DNA of 64,000 nt from Octopus vulgaris (lineage: Eukaryota), in the NCBI GenBank assembly GCA_951406725.2, contig OX597814.1:164176001-164240000 (forward strand), written 5' to 3'. The position numbers were made by a program, and so were the translations under genes. The notes under the pieces are model-generated. The model had not been told where the DNA came from. It was given only the letters and a program-made list of their open reading frames with translations, and did no database searches. Each line of letters begins with the position of its first letter. Positions within the stretch are counted from its first letter, which is position 1. Of the stretch, positions 26,385-39,812 are shown in pieces.

Positions 26385-27669
26385 TTAATATATAAACAGT
26401 TTCTATAAGTTAAGTGAAACAAGATCAAATTGGCAAAATGTAATCAGCAGGGGTACTCCATGGACCAGTTTCAGGGTTCCAAATTTTTGTTTTGAGATAT
26501 TTTGTGTTGTTATGCAGTCAAGGTGGAGAATGGAGATGACAAGCCATATGTAGGGGTCCTTCTTTTCCCACTGGAAGTTGGTTAGAAAAAAGGGCTGAAT
26601 GAAGAAAGAAAACAATCTCCATGCAGAACCAACATTCCACCTGCTTCCTTGTTGCAATGGAACCTGCTGCTTCTTTCTCTTGTGGTTAAGATAAAGATGA
26701 ACGGTTTTTCCTTGGCTTCACAAGGAAACACACCTTTCACAAGGGCAAAACTGAGCTCTGGTAGAGTTGTGTTTATGGATGTGCATGCACTATGGAAAAC
26801 CAAGCTCTAAAGACACTTCCATTACCCGTCACCCTGCTCTCTGCATCTCTTCCTTGACACCACTTACTTTTCTTACTATCAAGAAACATTTCACTTGTTA
26901 GCCACCTTTCATTCATTAATACTGTTCTCTCCACTCACATTTTCAACGATCACCTCACCACCACCACACTGAACCACCAATTATCTCTCTTCTCCAACCA
27001 CCATATACTTCTCACTCTTTCCATGCACTATGCTTGCCTCTTTTTCTCATCCATCTCCAAAACCAACATTATACCTCTCTCATAATTCTCTTGCCTACTG
27101 TTTCATCATTACTATACTGCTGCTCTGCACTGACAGTCATCTCCTGCTCCCCTAATTCCTGGTCCTTCTGCCCCACCATTTCTACTCATCTTGTACCTTG
27201 ACGGTCCACTCTTACACCTCACCACTATTATTTTTTTTTTAATAATTTTTCCCCACTCCACTTGATCACTTCCACTCTCTCTTCAAAAATTTGAGTAGTC
27301 CTGTATCTCCTCAACTGCAAGAAACCTGTCCTGCTCTGTCCCACCACATCTCTGACACTTCTATCCATTTTTTAACTCCTCATCACCTAGTATGAAGCTG
27401 TTCCCTTGGAGAACAGCTTTAATCTTGTAAACTGCACAGTAGCTTCACAGGCGCTAGTGGTACACAAAATAGCACCCAGTACATGCTGGTAAAATGGCTG
27501 GCATTAGAAAACCATGTAGAAATCATGCTTATGTAGATACTGGAGCATGATGTAGTCCTTGGGCCCACTGAATCCTGTCAAACTATCCAATACATGCCAA
27601 CTTGGAACATGGATGTTAAATGGTGATGCTTATATAACCATTGACTCTTTTGTTACAGAGTAGGGTGCT

Positions 27670-28038
27670 AAGAGCACCATCCAAACGTAACCGTTGCCAG
27701 AGCGGCTAACTGGCTTCCGTGTTGGTGGCACGTAAAAGGCACCATTCGAACGTGATCGTTACCAGCGTCGCCTTATTGGCACTTGTGCTGGTGGCACGTG
27801 TAAAAGCATTCGAGCGAGGTCGTTGCCAGTACCGCCTGACTGGCCCCCGTGCCGGTGGCACGTAAAAGCACCCACTACACTCTTGGAGTGGTTGGCGTTA
27901 GGAAGGGTATCCAGCTGTAAAAACTCTGCCAGATTAAGATCGGAGCCTGGTGCAGCCAACTGGTTCGCCAGCCATCAGTCAAATCGTCCAACCCATGCTA
28001 GCATGGAAAGCGCACGTTAAACGATGGTGATGATGATG
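27670..28038 (+). mobile_element. RTE-tail repeat, CpG-rich young copy
   Basis: ggtggcacgtaaaagcacc units; ends gcatggaaagcgcacgttaaacgatggtgatgatgatg. Confidence 0.8.
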
Positions 28039-30038
28039 AAATGCAAGATTTTTGTTGATGAAGCAAAAAATAGATGTTTACAAACAGTGGATCTTTACAA
28101 AATATGGGTGGAGGCACTACACTAGAGAGAGATTTAAATAGACTGGAGAAGGGGGTCAAAGGGAACGAATACCATTTTTTAATGTTGAAAAATGTATAGT
28201 TATGTACAGAGGAAATGGTAACTTGAGGTAGTAGTATGCAATGAATGGGAAATCTTTAACAACAACAGATCAGGACAAACGAAGAAAAAATGGGAATACA
28301 TATAATTTCGAATTTTAAAATGGCTAATCATGTAATAAAAAGTAGAAGCAAGTTAACTGTTGAAAGAGTCCAGCGAAAAACAAAAAAGGAAAAAAAACCC
28401 ACCAGAATTGAAATCTGTCTTTTGAAGAGAGATATAAAAATCTAGACACTACAATTTTAGAGGCAGCAAAGAGAAGACACAACAAAGTCTCAAGTTATCT
28501 TGTGTGCCAAAAACATGTTATTTCCTTGGATCGGTGGGTTTTAAGCATTAAAAAAAATGTAGGGGGTGGGGTTCATCTCACGCCTGTCGTAAATTTTCAA
28601 CTTTAGCTACTTCTAATCTTTTAAAATTTTATCTATGTTATGTTTAATTTTGAAGAAACATTATCTCGCATGCTTAAAACAGAAACCTGAAAAACAAATT
28701 TTCAAAAGAAAAGCATAGCTGAAAAGTTGTGGAAAATAGGGGGACACTGCCTTTTTTTTAACCTTATTTCTCTCCTTATTTATTTATTTTTTAAACAGAT
28801 TCGGTTTCGAGCGTACTAGATTATTATCAACTCTGCAGGAATGCCAAGGAGACATTATAGAAGCATTTGAAATGAAAGAAAACTATTTTCCTTCAAAGAA
28901 CTATTTAGTGAATGGAACAGTTTGCTGGGTTACGTAATAAAAACAACAGTAAATCACTCTAAAGAGAAATATGACAAATACTTTTGACAGGTAACATATA
29001 CCACAATTCGTGTTACTTTACATCTTGAAAATATTCTATTGCAGATTCTTAACGACAGAGTACCCCCATTTGATGAGGAGTGGAGGTGAGCAGAGAATAC
29101 TGCGTTTAGTGATTCTCGTAAAACTTTATCAGCTGGTATTGTTTTCTCCAAACGTATGGGTTTGTACCTGTATAAGAAATCCTTTCGGGATTCAGAAAAT
29201 AACTACCTGCCAAGAACTGGGATCGAGTTAATCGACTGTATTACTCACACCAAATTTTCAGCCTTATGTTCTTGTAGATAACATTAATAAAAATGTAATT
29301 CTTACATTATAAATACTGTCCCGCCCGTTACATATATATAGTGAGTTCAAATCCAGCTGAGGCCAACTTTGTTCTTTATTCTCCAGTGGCCGATAGACAA
29401 AGTACGAGTCAAGAGTTGGGACAATGAAATCAGCAGGATCGTATCTGTGTAAGAAAATTATTAAAGCAACGGAGCGACATAATCAATAGGGCTGGTGAAA
29501 AAAAAACTTTGCGATATTTCTGTTATAGTCTAAGTTCAAATCCAACTGTAGGTAATAACTATTGATAGAGTGTGGAAACATTAAACAATTGGATCTGCCC
29601 CTAAATTTTCGATCATTGTGCCAAGGATAGAAGTTATTGTTAAAAGGGCACATTAGACGACAGAAACGATACGATGACGATTTGTGCTCCGGAGTATAAA
29701 TGCCGTCAGGGTCGGCAAAATAAGCACCAGTAATGCATTAAGGTTCGATTAAGTCACATATTCATCCTCACCCCTAATTTGTGGTTTTGTACTGAACAAT
29801 ATAAAAAATAATTATATTAATACAAAAATATCGGTATCCATAATATACAGATATATATTGCCGTGTCATCATTATATACATACATATATATATATTTTCA
29901 TTTGTCTTGCTTATTTTTTACACTTTGGTTTTGTGCTGAGTTTTTTCTTGAGAACACATTCTTCGTGGAAAATAGCGATTTTGACGTCTATATCTAGCAT
30001 ATTGACCGTCCACTTTTAGTGGTCAGTCCTTTAAATTT

Positions 30039-30040
<2 letters not shown>

Positions 30041-30091
<51 letters not shown>
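30041..30091. repeat. (TA)n microsatellite
   Basis: Direct reading. Confidence 0.95.
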
Positions 30092-30094
<3 letters not shown>

Positions 30095-30423
30095 AGTATC
30101 AAAATCAGACACACATTTACATATAAACACACACATTTACATATAAATACATATTTACATATACACATACATACACTCACGCATGTATACATAAACACAC
30201 ACACACACACTCGCGCACATACATCACATATCATACATTATCAGTACTTAATTTTCCATATGTCTGCACATTTTTTAATGTTTATATTATAAATGAAAAG
30301 AGTACCGTTATAGCAATATATATATTTTTTTTTCTTACAATGAAAATAAACTTTACATGGCAGTTGTAATTGGAGAATCAAACAAGTGTTGTATATATAA
30401 TTAGTAATATGGCTGTCACAGAC

Positions 30424-30497
30424 CTGCTGAAACATCGAGGGAACGGTGGAAGACCCTGGGTAGAAACTGTTGACCGGTTATTGGTATTCCAGTCCAT
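30424..30497 (-). CDS. FAM89A: FAM89/LURAP-family leucine-rich adaptor protein, coding exon 1 (MDWNTNNRSTVSTQGLPPFPRCFS)
   Basis: ATG at 30497. GLPPFPRCFS matches the N-terminal GLPPLPKSLS motif of FAM89 proteins. Donor CAG|GTCTGT, phase 2, joins in frame to the exon starting at 16722. Confidence 0.82.
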
Positions 30498-30499
30498 GA

Positions 30500-30900
30500 T
30501 GAAATCAAGTTAAAACACGCAGTAACTAAAACAAAATAAATTACTACAGTAATATAAAACAGGAATATTAAAAGAAGTTTTTCTTCTATAATTGGTGGGT
30601 GATACAAGTTGCGTATCCCAGAAAGTTTAGCCTGGTTTCTTTTCTTTGGCGTATGCAAAGTAGGTGGGAGGGGTTTCGTAAAGACTCCGGATTTGGTGAC
30701 TTGGTAAAGCCGGACAAACACTACTTCCGCCACCTAGTGCCAGTTGTCGCAACTGACACTAACTTCGTGTATTCGGGTGTGAGAAATTTTCTTGAGAAGT
30801 ATAAAATAGGCCATTGATACAAGTCTCCAAGTGTAATAAAGAATTCATTATTATAGGGGGTTGTGTTGTATGTAACTCGCTTGTCTTTTGTTACAAAACG
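30500..30900 (-). promoter_or_regulatory. Probable promoter/5'UTR of the FAM89-like gene
   Basis: Immediately upstream of the ATG; CpGs retained relative to CpG-poor introns; ETS-like ACTTCCG at 30723-30729; palindrome at 30735-30761. Confidence 0.5.
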
Positions 30901-31489
30901 TTTTTCCTGCTATTCATTAAATGCTTAACGTGAACATTAATTGATCGTCAAAGATTGTGCTTTATTAATCAAATACTGCAAGTCTTTGTAAAGTTATTCG
31001 CTTCAACAGCTGGTTCTTCCTAATTTTGTTCAAGTACATAATAAGCATCATCATCATTTAATTATCCATCCTCCATGTTAGCATGGGTTGGAATTTTAAG
31101 GAATAATGTATTTTCATATGTTTTTATTTCTCTAGTTCACAATGGGTTGGAAGAGTGTGTAAATTTAGATATTTGCATGAAGTAAGTTGTGTAATGTTGC
31201 TAGAACACCATATCTACATTACTGCAAGATTAAGTTGTTAGGATATTTAGCATTATCACCTGTATCAATCAAATTGTTAGATGTTTTACACTGGTGACAA
31301 GTGCTTCTAATTTTTTCTTGTGTCCTTTTCCATCTTCACAGAAGTTATTTAATTAAATTATTTTCCCATTATTGTGGAGATCTTTCCGAGAATCTTTTTC
31401 TCATCTCTTGGATACCACTCAATAACTGCACAGGTCCATTTGTTGTTAGTGAACTTTGCAACATTGCCTGCCCAGTTGTGATATGGCTA

Positions 31490-31950
31490 TCTCAGATCAG
31501 CAGCAGACCATGCTGACAGAAGTGGACACCTATGGCTCAGCAATAGGCCATAAAACAAACAGCATAGAAACAAAATACATGCTGTCAGAAAACATAAAAC
31601 AGAACCAAACAGAGGTGGAGAAGTGATGAAATCAAGGAGGTATAAGAAGTATACCTGTTTGGAGCATACTGTTAATATGTACCAAGACCTGGGTACTGAA
31701 ATCTCAAGAATAAGGGAAAGATGGAAGGTGTTTAAATCAATAAAAGATGTGCTCAAAACAAAACAGGACAAGACCCTGTGTACTAGTCTCTTCAGTGACA
31801 CTGTCCTACCTGCATTCATATACACTAGTGAGACATGTAATCAAAGAATTTTGATATAACACACAGGGTCATGGAAAGCTCCATAATAAGAATATCACTT
31901 TGAGAGCATATCTGAAATGAAGTAATTTGAGAAAAGAATGATTGCAGAAC
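31490..31950 (+). mobile_element. Degenerate RTE-type LINE fragment
   Basis: YTCLEHTVNMYQDLGTEISRIRERWKVFKSI...LFSDTVLPAFIYTSETC resembles the RTE post-RT region. Confidence 0.55.
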
Positions 31951-31961
31951 TTATTGCATAA

Positions 31962-32540
31962 GCAGCAAGCTGGCAGAATTGTTAGCACACTGGGCAAAAT
32001 GCTCATCAGCATTTTGTCTGTCATTACATTCTGGGTTCAAATTCCACTAAGGTCATCTTTACTGTTCATCCTTTTGGGGTTGATAAAATAAGTACCAGTT
32101 GAACACTGGGGTTGATGTAATTGACTTACTTCTTCCCCAAAATTGCTGGCCTTATGCCTAAGTTTGAAATCAATATTACAACTATTGCAATAAGCCTCTG
32201 AGACTCACCACTCCCTTTGGTCACGACACAGACCATGGGATTAGACCTAGAAAGTTACCTTCCCAGGCACAAGTCCGGGCAAGGTTATTTATGGAAGACC
32301 AGCAGTCGCCCATTCATACCAGCCTCCTCTCTCGACGCCACCAGTGTTATCCAAGAGAAAGGCAACGGCCGATAGTTTGGCACCTGTGACATTGCAACTA
32401 ATTTCTACAACTGAGTGAACTGGAGCAACGTGAAATAAAGTGTCTTGCTCAAGAATACAACATGCAGCCCGGTCCTGGATTTGAGATCACAACCTCATGA
32501 TTGTAAGCTCAATGCTCTAACCACTGAGCCACGTGCCTTC
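31962..32540. mobile_element. SINE B (+, 31962-32175) followed by SINE D (-, 32205-32540)
   Basis: Homology to other copies in the window. Confidence 0.7.
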
Positions 32541-33727
32541 ACTAATAAGTCTCTATACAGCTTATAATTCTACTCATGACCAGTTAGCCAAGCCAACAGA
32601 AACATTTCTTTCTTATTAACTAACGGGGTTTGTAGGAGGAAGAGCAGCTAGATGTTAGCACATGCTCTAACAATATACATCATCATCGTTTAGCATCCGC
32701 TTTCCATGCTGGCATGGGTTGTACAAATGTACAAATTTGTGAAATCACTGTCACCTGTATATGTATGACAGAAAGTATAATTAAGCAAAGTAAGAAAATA
32801 TCTGATCCTCTTCCAGAATGTTGAAGCTGACTTGCAGGTTAGATTCGTGGAGATAGATAAAAGTAGACGGGTTCTTTTTTTAGTTAGTATCCTACAATAG
32901 GACACCTTAATTACAGAATCAAGATAAATATCTATTTTCAAGGAAAGAGTAGATTTTATTATTGTGATTACTATATCCCAACTTTTGTTATATTCTTTGT
33001 TTCTTTTTTTAATTAGAATTTTTTTATGAGAAAAAAGATAATTTATAAAGATTAACAGTAAAAATAATTTTAAAAAAACCCCAGAAAATATGTAATTAGT
33101 AGAGAAATAAGCAACATGAAGAAGTAAGTACATGTTTTCAATAATATAGCTCACCAGGTTTTAGATAAAGCATTTAGTATCAAATTTTGAGAGTAAAATA
33201 CAGTAAGGATAATGAGAAGGGGTGCATTAAATGAGTTTGTGTTGACAAAACAGTTGGAAAGTTTGAAATAGAAGTTATGACAGGTTTTCTTGGTAACTTA
33301 TCCAGGCTGTGTCCCTGAATTTTGCAGGACCTCTGACTGGAGAGATCAATACAGTTTATATTCAGCTTAAACATCTACAAGTTGATGTCTGCAGGAAAAA
33401 ATGGGTGCATGGAAGAAATTCCGGAGAGAGTAGGAGGGTCAGGTGGGAATGGGTGGAGGCAGAAAGCAGTTAACTATTTCAGGAATACAGAGTCCTTTGT
33501 AGTCACAATGAAATATGCAATGAGTGGAGTTAGAAAGCCTGTGGGCCAGTTATTGTAATGTGTTGGTGAGTAAATCTTAGCTAATCAGTAGGCTGGTCTT
33601 TTTTTGGGTGCTGTTGAGGTTGTTTGTGTAACAACTGCAGTGTCCAGATGTGGGAGTAGTACTCTGTTTGTAGGCTAGTAGTTGCAACATTCTGGTATGT
33701 GTAAGGTTACCGCACAGATATTTTTTT

Positions 33728-34044
33728 GCCTTACTGGCACATGAAAAACCATTCGAGCAAGGTCGTTGCCAGTGCCGCTGGACTGGCTCCTATGCAGGTG
33801 GCACGTAAAAACACCATTTGAGTGTGGCTGTTGCCAGTACTGCCTGTCCGGCCCTCATGCTGGTGACACGTAAAAGCACCCACTACACTCTCGGAGTGGT
33901 TGGTCTTACAAAGGGCATCCAGCTGTAGAAACTCTGTCAGATCAAGATTGGAGCCTGGTGCAGCCATTTGGTTCACCAGTCCTCAGTCAAGTCGTCCAAC
34001 CCATGCTAGCATGGAAAGCAGACGTTAAACGATGATGATGATGA
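33728..34044 (+). mobile_element. RTE-tail repeat
   Basis: Homologous to 27770-28038. Confidence 0.8.
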
Positions 34045-34722
34045 TTTATGTACAGAATGTTTATGTGCATACTAACTGCACATATCCCTAGATTTGTGTG
34101 CAGTACAATCTTTAGTGTATGATGCACTTTTACCTAGTAAAGATCAGCAATTCTTTAGGGCATAGGCCTAGCATTTCAAGAAAATTAGAAGCTTTTATAA
34201 TGGATGTAGTGTTGTGTCATTGTTATGTGTAGTGACTGTCTCTTAGTCTTATTGAATAAGAACTGATTTTGTATCTCTAAAGCTTTTAGTTAGAGAGATG
34301 ATGCATATCTCATGACAAATAGCTATGCTGAATATAAATGCATGTTAGCAGAATATTAAGGAAAGATAAGTGTGTCATTTGCATCAGAGTATATACAATT
34401 AGAGGTAATAGGTTGGTAATGTAGAAAAAGAGTGTAGGAGATATAGTGGAACTCAAATGAATACAAGAATTGATATAATGTGATGGGGGAGAGAAATCCC
34501 TATCAACATAAATCAATATGGAGTGGTTTGACAGCTAAAAGGGCATTACAATAAGTAGTGAGTTTTGTTAGGTTATCACACCAGACATATTTGAAGATAT
34601 TACTAAAAAGGCTAAGACTTTTTTTCACTGAAGTTCTTAAAAGAGGAAAGAACAATACTGAATCTGGTTACCACAGAGAAGAGACTCTTTAGAATGTAAC
34701 ACAAATTATAAAGAACCTCTAA

Positions 34723-35768
34723 ATCATCATCATTATCAGTTAATGACTGTTGTTCATGCTGGCATGAGTTGGGTGGTTTGACCAGGGCTGCACCAGACTC
34801 CAGTCGGATTTGGCAAGGTTTCTATGGCTGGATGCCCTTCCTAATGCCAACCACTCCGATAGTGTAATGGATGCTTTTACGTGCCACCAGCATGGGTGCC
34901 AGTTGCGTGACACCAGTATCTACCACAACTATGATTCCACTTGGTTTGATGGGCCTTCAACTTAAGCACAGAGTATTGCCAAAGGTCATTTATTATTGCC
35001 TAAAGAAATTTATAACTACTGAATTTACTGGAAACTATTGAATTAACAATGATTTCAAATTCTGGCACAAGGTCAGAAATTTCGGGGCATGAGGTAAGTC
35101 GAGTACACTGATCTCAGCTGGTACTTATGTTCTTGATCCCAAAAGGATGAAAGGCAAAGTCAACCTCAGCGGAATTTGAATTCAGAACATAAAACAGATG
35201 AAATGTCACTAAGCATTTTGCCTGGCATGCTTATGATTTTGCCAGCTTGCCACTTTAACTATTAAATTAATATTAATTGGTTTCTAACATATGCACAATG
35301 TCATACATTTTGGAGGAAGGAAACAATTATACTGACCAGACTGAAATCGACTGACTTAGTAATTGACCGATAGAGATCGTTGCCAGAGCAACAAGCTGGC
35401 CTTCGTGCCGATGGCATGTTAGAAACACCATTCGAGTGTGATCGTTACCTGCGTCGCCTTACTAGCACTTGTGCTGAAAACATTCGAGTGAGATTGTTAC
35501 CAGTGCTGCTGGACTGGCTCCTGTGCAGGTGGCACATAAAAAGCACCATTTGAGTGTGGCCGTTGCCAGTACCACCTAACTGGCCCTCGTGCCAGTGGCA
35601 TGTAAAAGCACCCAATACACTCTCGGAGTGGTTGGCGTTAGGAAGGGCATCCAGCTGTAGAAACTCTGCAAGATCAGATTGGAGTCTGGTTTGCTAGACT
35701 TCAGTCAAATCATCCAACTCATGCTAGCATGGAAAGCGGATGTTAAACGATGATGATGATGATGATGA
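34723..35768. mobile_element. Cluster: RTE-tail (-, 34723-34990), SINE B (-, 35050-35255), RTE-tail (+, 35375-35768)
   Basis: Homology to other copies in the window. Confidence 0.72.
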
Positions 35769-37814
35769 TATATTATCTACTGTAGAAGAAGGAAAAGAAA
35801 AGTTGTCTTTGAGGGATTCAAACTCAGATGTTAAGAACTGCAAAATTATTTAATTCTTGAAATAAATAACAATAATATTTCCAATGTATAATTCTTGGGA
35901 AGACAAGTGGTAGTCAGCATAAATAGAAGTCTATATAGAAAAGCAAATTATAAGGGGTGCCAATTTGCCATGAGTAGAAAATATGGTTAATGTTTCTGGC
36001 AGAATTTTATGAAAGAATCTTACATTCTCTGATGAAAGGTGATTATGTTTTTTGCTCATGGTAACCTAGCATGAGTCATTTTCATCATGTTGATTGTGTA
36101 TTCAAAAGACAAATCAATATTTGTAAACATGATGCAAATAAACAAAGACATTTTCAAAAACAAAAACTTAATATTTTCAATATTTTATTGGAATATTCAT
36201 TTCATTTATTAAATAAGAAACAATTAGAAAAATAAACCCAAACCACACACATATATATATATATATATAATCTGTATAACAGATTGTAAGATGATAACAT
36301 TGCCAAATAAAAAAGAGAAAAAATTTTCTCATTTTTGTAATGGTTTTAATTTGAAAATCCTTTCTCACTTTAATTTAACAATATTATAACTATCTTAATT
36401 ATTTTCTTAAAAACATTTTGTTACAATTTAAAAAAAAAAATAATTTCAGTAACAAAGCATTTATATTAAACTAGAGAATGATTGTTGATATCAATATAAA
36501 TTATAATCATATTAATATAAATTTTTCTTTCGCCTTCTTATCACCATGAAAATCAAATTAGCACCCTAAAATGTAAGAGTTAAAGTTAGTAGAGATGACA
36601 GGATATTAACGTATGCTGTAAAAATGTTGGCAGTAAATATCCCATCATTGGTTGATTGGTGAAGTCAATTGATGATGGACCTGTTCACTCGAGTTGTAAA
36701 TAGGTACCATACGATGATATACTTTATCACAAGTAAAATACATGCACGACTATTTTATTAGCTTGAAGTGTTGGGCTTAAATCTTCACCTGGCCTTGGTG
36801 AAAGCAGTAAGAAACCAGGCTAGTTCCTAAAGCATTTGATAAAAATAAAATATTTGGAGCTACCCAACAACTCAACGACACTAATGTAATAATGACACAG
36901 TGTGGTATCTTATCTTCTACTTGTTGCAGTTATTAGACTGTGGCTATACCGGGGCACAACCTTGAAGGGTTTTAATCAAACAGGTTGATTCCAGTACTTA
37001 TTTTTTAAGCCTGGTATTTATTCTATTAGTCTGTTATGCCAAACATTCTATTAGTCTGTTATGGGGACATAAACAAACCAACACCAGTTGTCAAGTGGTG
37101 AAGGAGGATGAACACAAAGACATACAGCCACTTCTTCATTTTTGTTCATATAAAAATTACATTTTTCTTCTCTTAAAAAACAAAACATTTTCATATCAAT
37201 GAAACAGAAAATAATGTGACATTTTCCAGTATTTACAAAACATTTTCATACCAAAAGAACAAACAAACAAAAAAAAAAATCCTATTTCTCCATACAGGAT
37301 AAGAATATGGAGTATACTGGAAAAGTATTGGAAACATATAACTTAGCAAAGACACAAGAGAACATTTATGGAACTTTTGTCTAAGCTGACATGGAAACCC
37401 AATTCTTCAGATATATTGCCTTAATATTTTTGAAAGAATTAGAGGGACACTGAATAAATATGGCTGTAAGTTTAAGATCATTTAGAATCACATGATTTAG
37501 GTTCCATCCAATAGTGCAATACCTTGGGCAAGTATTTTCTCTCATAGCCTCAAGTAGATCCAAGCCTTGTGAGAGAATTTGTAAAGATGGAAACTGTTCA
37601 GGAGCCAGTCAGATGGACTTTACTTCTATCAGGATGGCAGATTTAATCTGTAGCCCAGTTTAACATCACCACTACATGGCCCAGGTGCAAGTATTTGGTC
37701 CCAGTGTTCAGTCTGAGATAAACTCAATACCTTAATGTACTGCTTTCTGCTGTAGTAACCTATATGTTGCATACAAATATATGTAGTAACCTATATGTTG
37801 CATACAGATATATG

Positions 37815-38090
37815 GGAAACTACCACCTGTATCATCTCTTGTGAAAGGTAGAAGAGTCCAGTTAGCTGGACATTGTTGTAGAGCTGAAAATGAGGTAATT
37901 TCTGCTCTTCTCCTCTGGAAGCCATCTACTCGCGATACCAGAGGGTGCACACTCTCCTACCCTGATGTAATCTCCAGTGATACAGGCATCCAGCCACAGG
38001 ACCTCCGTAATGCTATGATGGACCATGAAGTCTGGGCGTAGCATAGTAAATTCCATTGTCTCGACCACGGTTGAACAATGATGATGATGA
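37815..38090 (+). mobile_element. 3' end of a second RTE-like LINE family
   Basis: GRRVQLAGHCCRAENEVISALLLWKP...DLRNAMMDHEVW followed by (GAT)n; second copy at 49330-49557. Confidence 0.8.
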
Positions 38091-38600
38091 TATGTTGCAA
38101 TTTTTCCCCACCTCATGAATATGGGAGGCCTTGCAAAAGGTCACAAGCAATGCCATTCTCCATCAGATTAATGCTAACTATTCATCTTTGAAGTAAGAGT
38201 GGAAGCTTATTCAAACCATACCAAACTGAGTTTAAAATGGTTAGAAATCTTGGATGGGCTTTGAAAATCTGCACATTTACATATTGCTGTGCTGTTTTAT
38301 AGTTGAGAGTTCATTCTATCGATAACCACTGAACTTAAAATAAGAATGCCTCCAATTATCAGTTAAACAGACTTCAGTAAAGTTTACAAAGATGACACTA
38401 TAGTCACTTGTCCAGCTCCCATCTTTTTGTGAAATTCTCCTTCATTCTATGAAGGCATTAAAAAAATCTTTATATAATGATTTTATTTCATTTTTAAATC
38501 TTCCATTTACACACTATCCGGAATACAAACTGGAACCAAGCTTTTACACATTTTGGTATGCACACACTCATACATATCTCCCCATCCATATGCACATATA

Positions 38601-38642
<42 letters not shown>

Positions 38643-38646
<4 letters not shown>

Positions 38647-38730
38647 GCAGCAGAAATTCAACAAAACCTGTTACTCGGAGGGGAACGTGAAACTCCGAGT
38701 AACAGGTTTTGTTGAATTTCTGCTGCTTTT
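38643..38730. repeat. Perfect 38-bp inverted repeat with 12-nt loop
   Basis: 38643-38680 is the exact reverse complement of 38693-38730. Confidence 0.95.
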
Positions 38731-38888
38731 AAATAAAGCATATTACTCTACCCCTGGTATTTGAGTACTTTTTTTTTTCCAACTTGTTTCACATTTATGT
38801 GTTTACTCCGGTATATATATATATATATACACACACATACACACAAACGCATACTGTATATTGCACACAAAGAATAATGATTTTCTCG

Positions 38889-39120
38889 TTAAACTTCATC
38901 TGTCAAATCAAGCTCAGAACTAATAAGTTTGTCTTCATCTTCATCATAAATGAAAGAATTATCCAGTAGTTTGTGTGTTTTGACGTTCTTCTGAGGTAGT
39001 TTACATTTTTTGAAGCAGGTGAATTTGTTGTCTTTGAACAAAGTATACATTAAACTGCATGAAATGAGGATACTAACAGCCGCAACAACACTCATTGAAA
39101 TGAAACCATACACGTAAAAC
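38889..39120 (-). CDS. NAGPA: NAGPA last exon: transmembrane helix and acidic cytoplasmic tail
   Basis: Acceptor ttttcctag|; FYVYGFISMSVVAAVSILISCSLMYTLF hydrophobic segment, basic stop-transfer residues, acidic tail, TAA at 38889-38891. Confidence 0.88.
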
Positions 39121-39252
39121 CTAGGAAAATAAAATAGAAAACGTTATGATTAAATAAATGAATTTAAAAAAGGGTCCCAATAATTTTTTTTTTTCACATT
39201 ACTATGGCTATAGATTTGGTTAAAAAAACATACACTGCTGTCCATTTATACA

Positions 39253-39426
39253 CATAAAAAGCACCCACTACACTCACAGAGTGATTGGCGTTAGGAAGAG
39301 CATCCAGCCGTAGAAACATTGCCAGATCAGACTGGGCCTGGTGCAGCCTTCTGGCTTCCCAGACCCCAGTTGAACCGTCCAACCCATGCTAGCATGGAAA
39401 GCGGATGCTAAATGATGATGATGATG
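39253..39426 (+). mobile_element. RTE-tail repeat
   Basis: Homologous to other copies; (GAT)n tail. Confidence 0.75.
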
Positions 39427-39812
39427 AATCTTCAAAATGGAAAGTTGGTATTTTGTCAACTAAACTATATGAAAAAGATAGAGGGACCAGAAATTTATAG
39501 TATAAGGTAAATTAGTAGTTTGTGTGTGTGTGCATGCATGCATGCGTGTGTGTGTGTGCAAGTCATGTAAGTCTGGTATTCAGTGAATAAAATCCAGGTT
39601 TGAATCACTATGTAATTTGGCAGCAAGTATTGCAAAATACTCAAATGAAAAGCCAATAAGAAAGCATAGTTACTTGACCAGCTAAACTCTTCCTTGAATC
39701 GCATCCTACTACCTTTAAAAAACAAAAGGTTACATGATTTTATATATCTTTAATGTCAAATATGTTTTCTTTACACTGTAGACAGATTTGAATATAACTT
39801 TGTTTAAAATGG

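Larger units (their letters stand above)
25700..28480 (+). mobile_element. Old CR1-like LINE remnant split by nested insertions
   Basis: YKQVSLMSQVAKILKTIVKE...GRKSTNLLETLE (25905-26140), GVPQG-like region at about 26450, resuming after inserts at 28040 with CKIFVDEAK (FADD-like). Confidence 0.55.

Noticed and set aside
27670-28038. Repeated ggtggcacgtaaaagcacc motifs as a regulatory array
   Set aside because: Internal repeats of a high-copy retroposon tail present many times in the window.
30416-30733. 105-aa minus-strand ORF as the first exon
   Set aside because: Wrong frame; the conserved GLPPxP motif is in another frame starting at ATG 30497.
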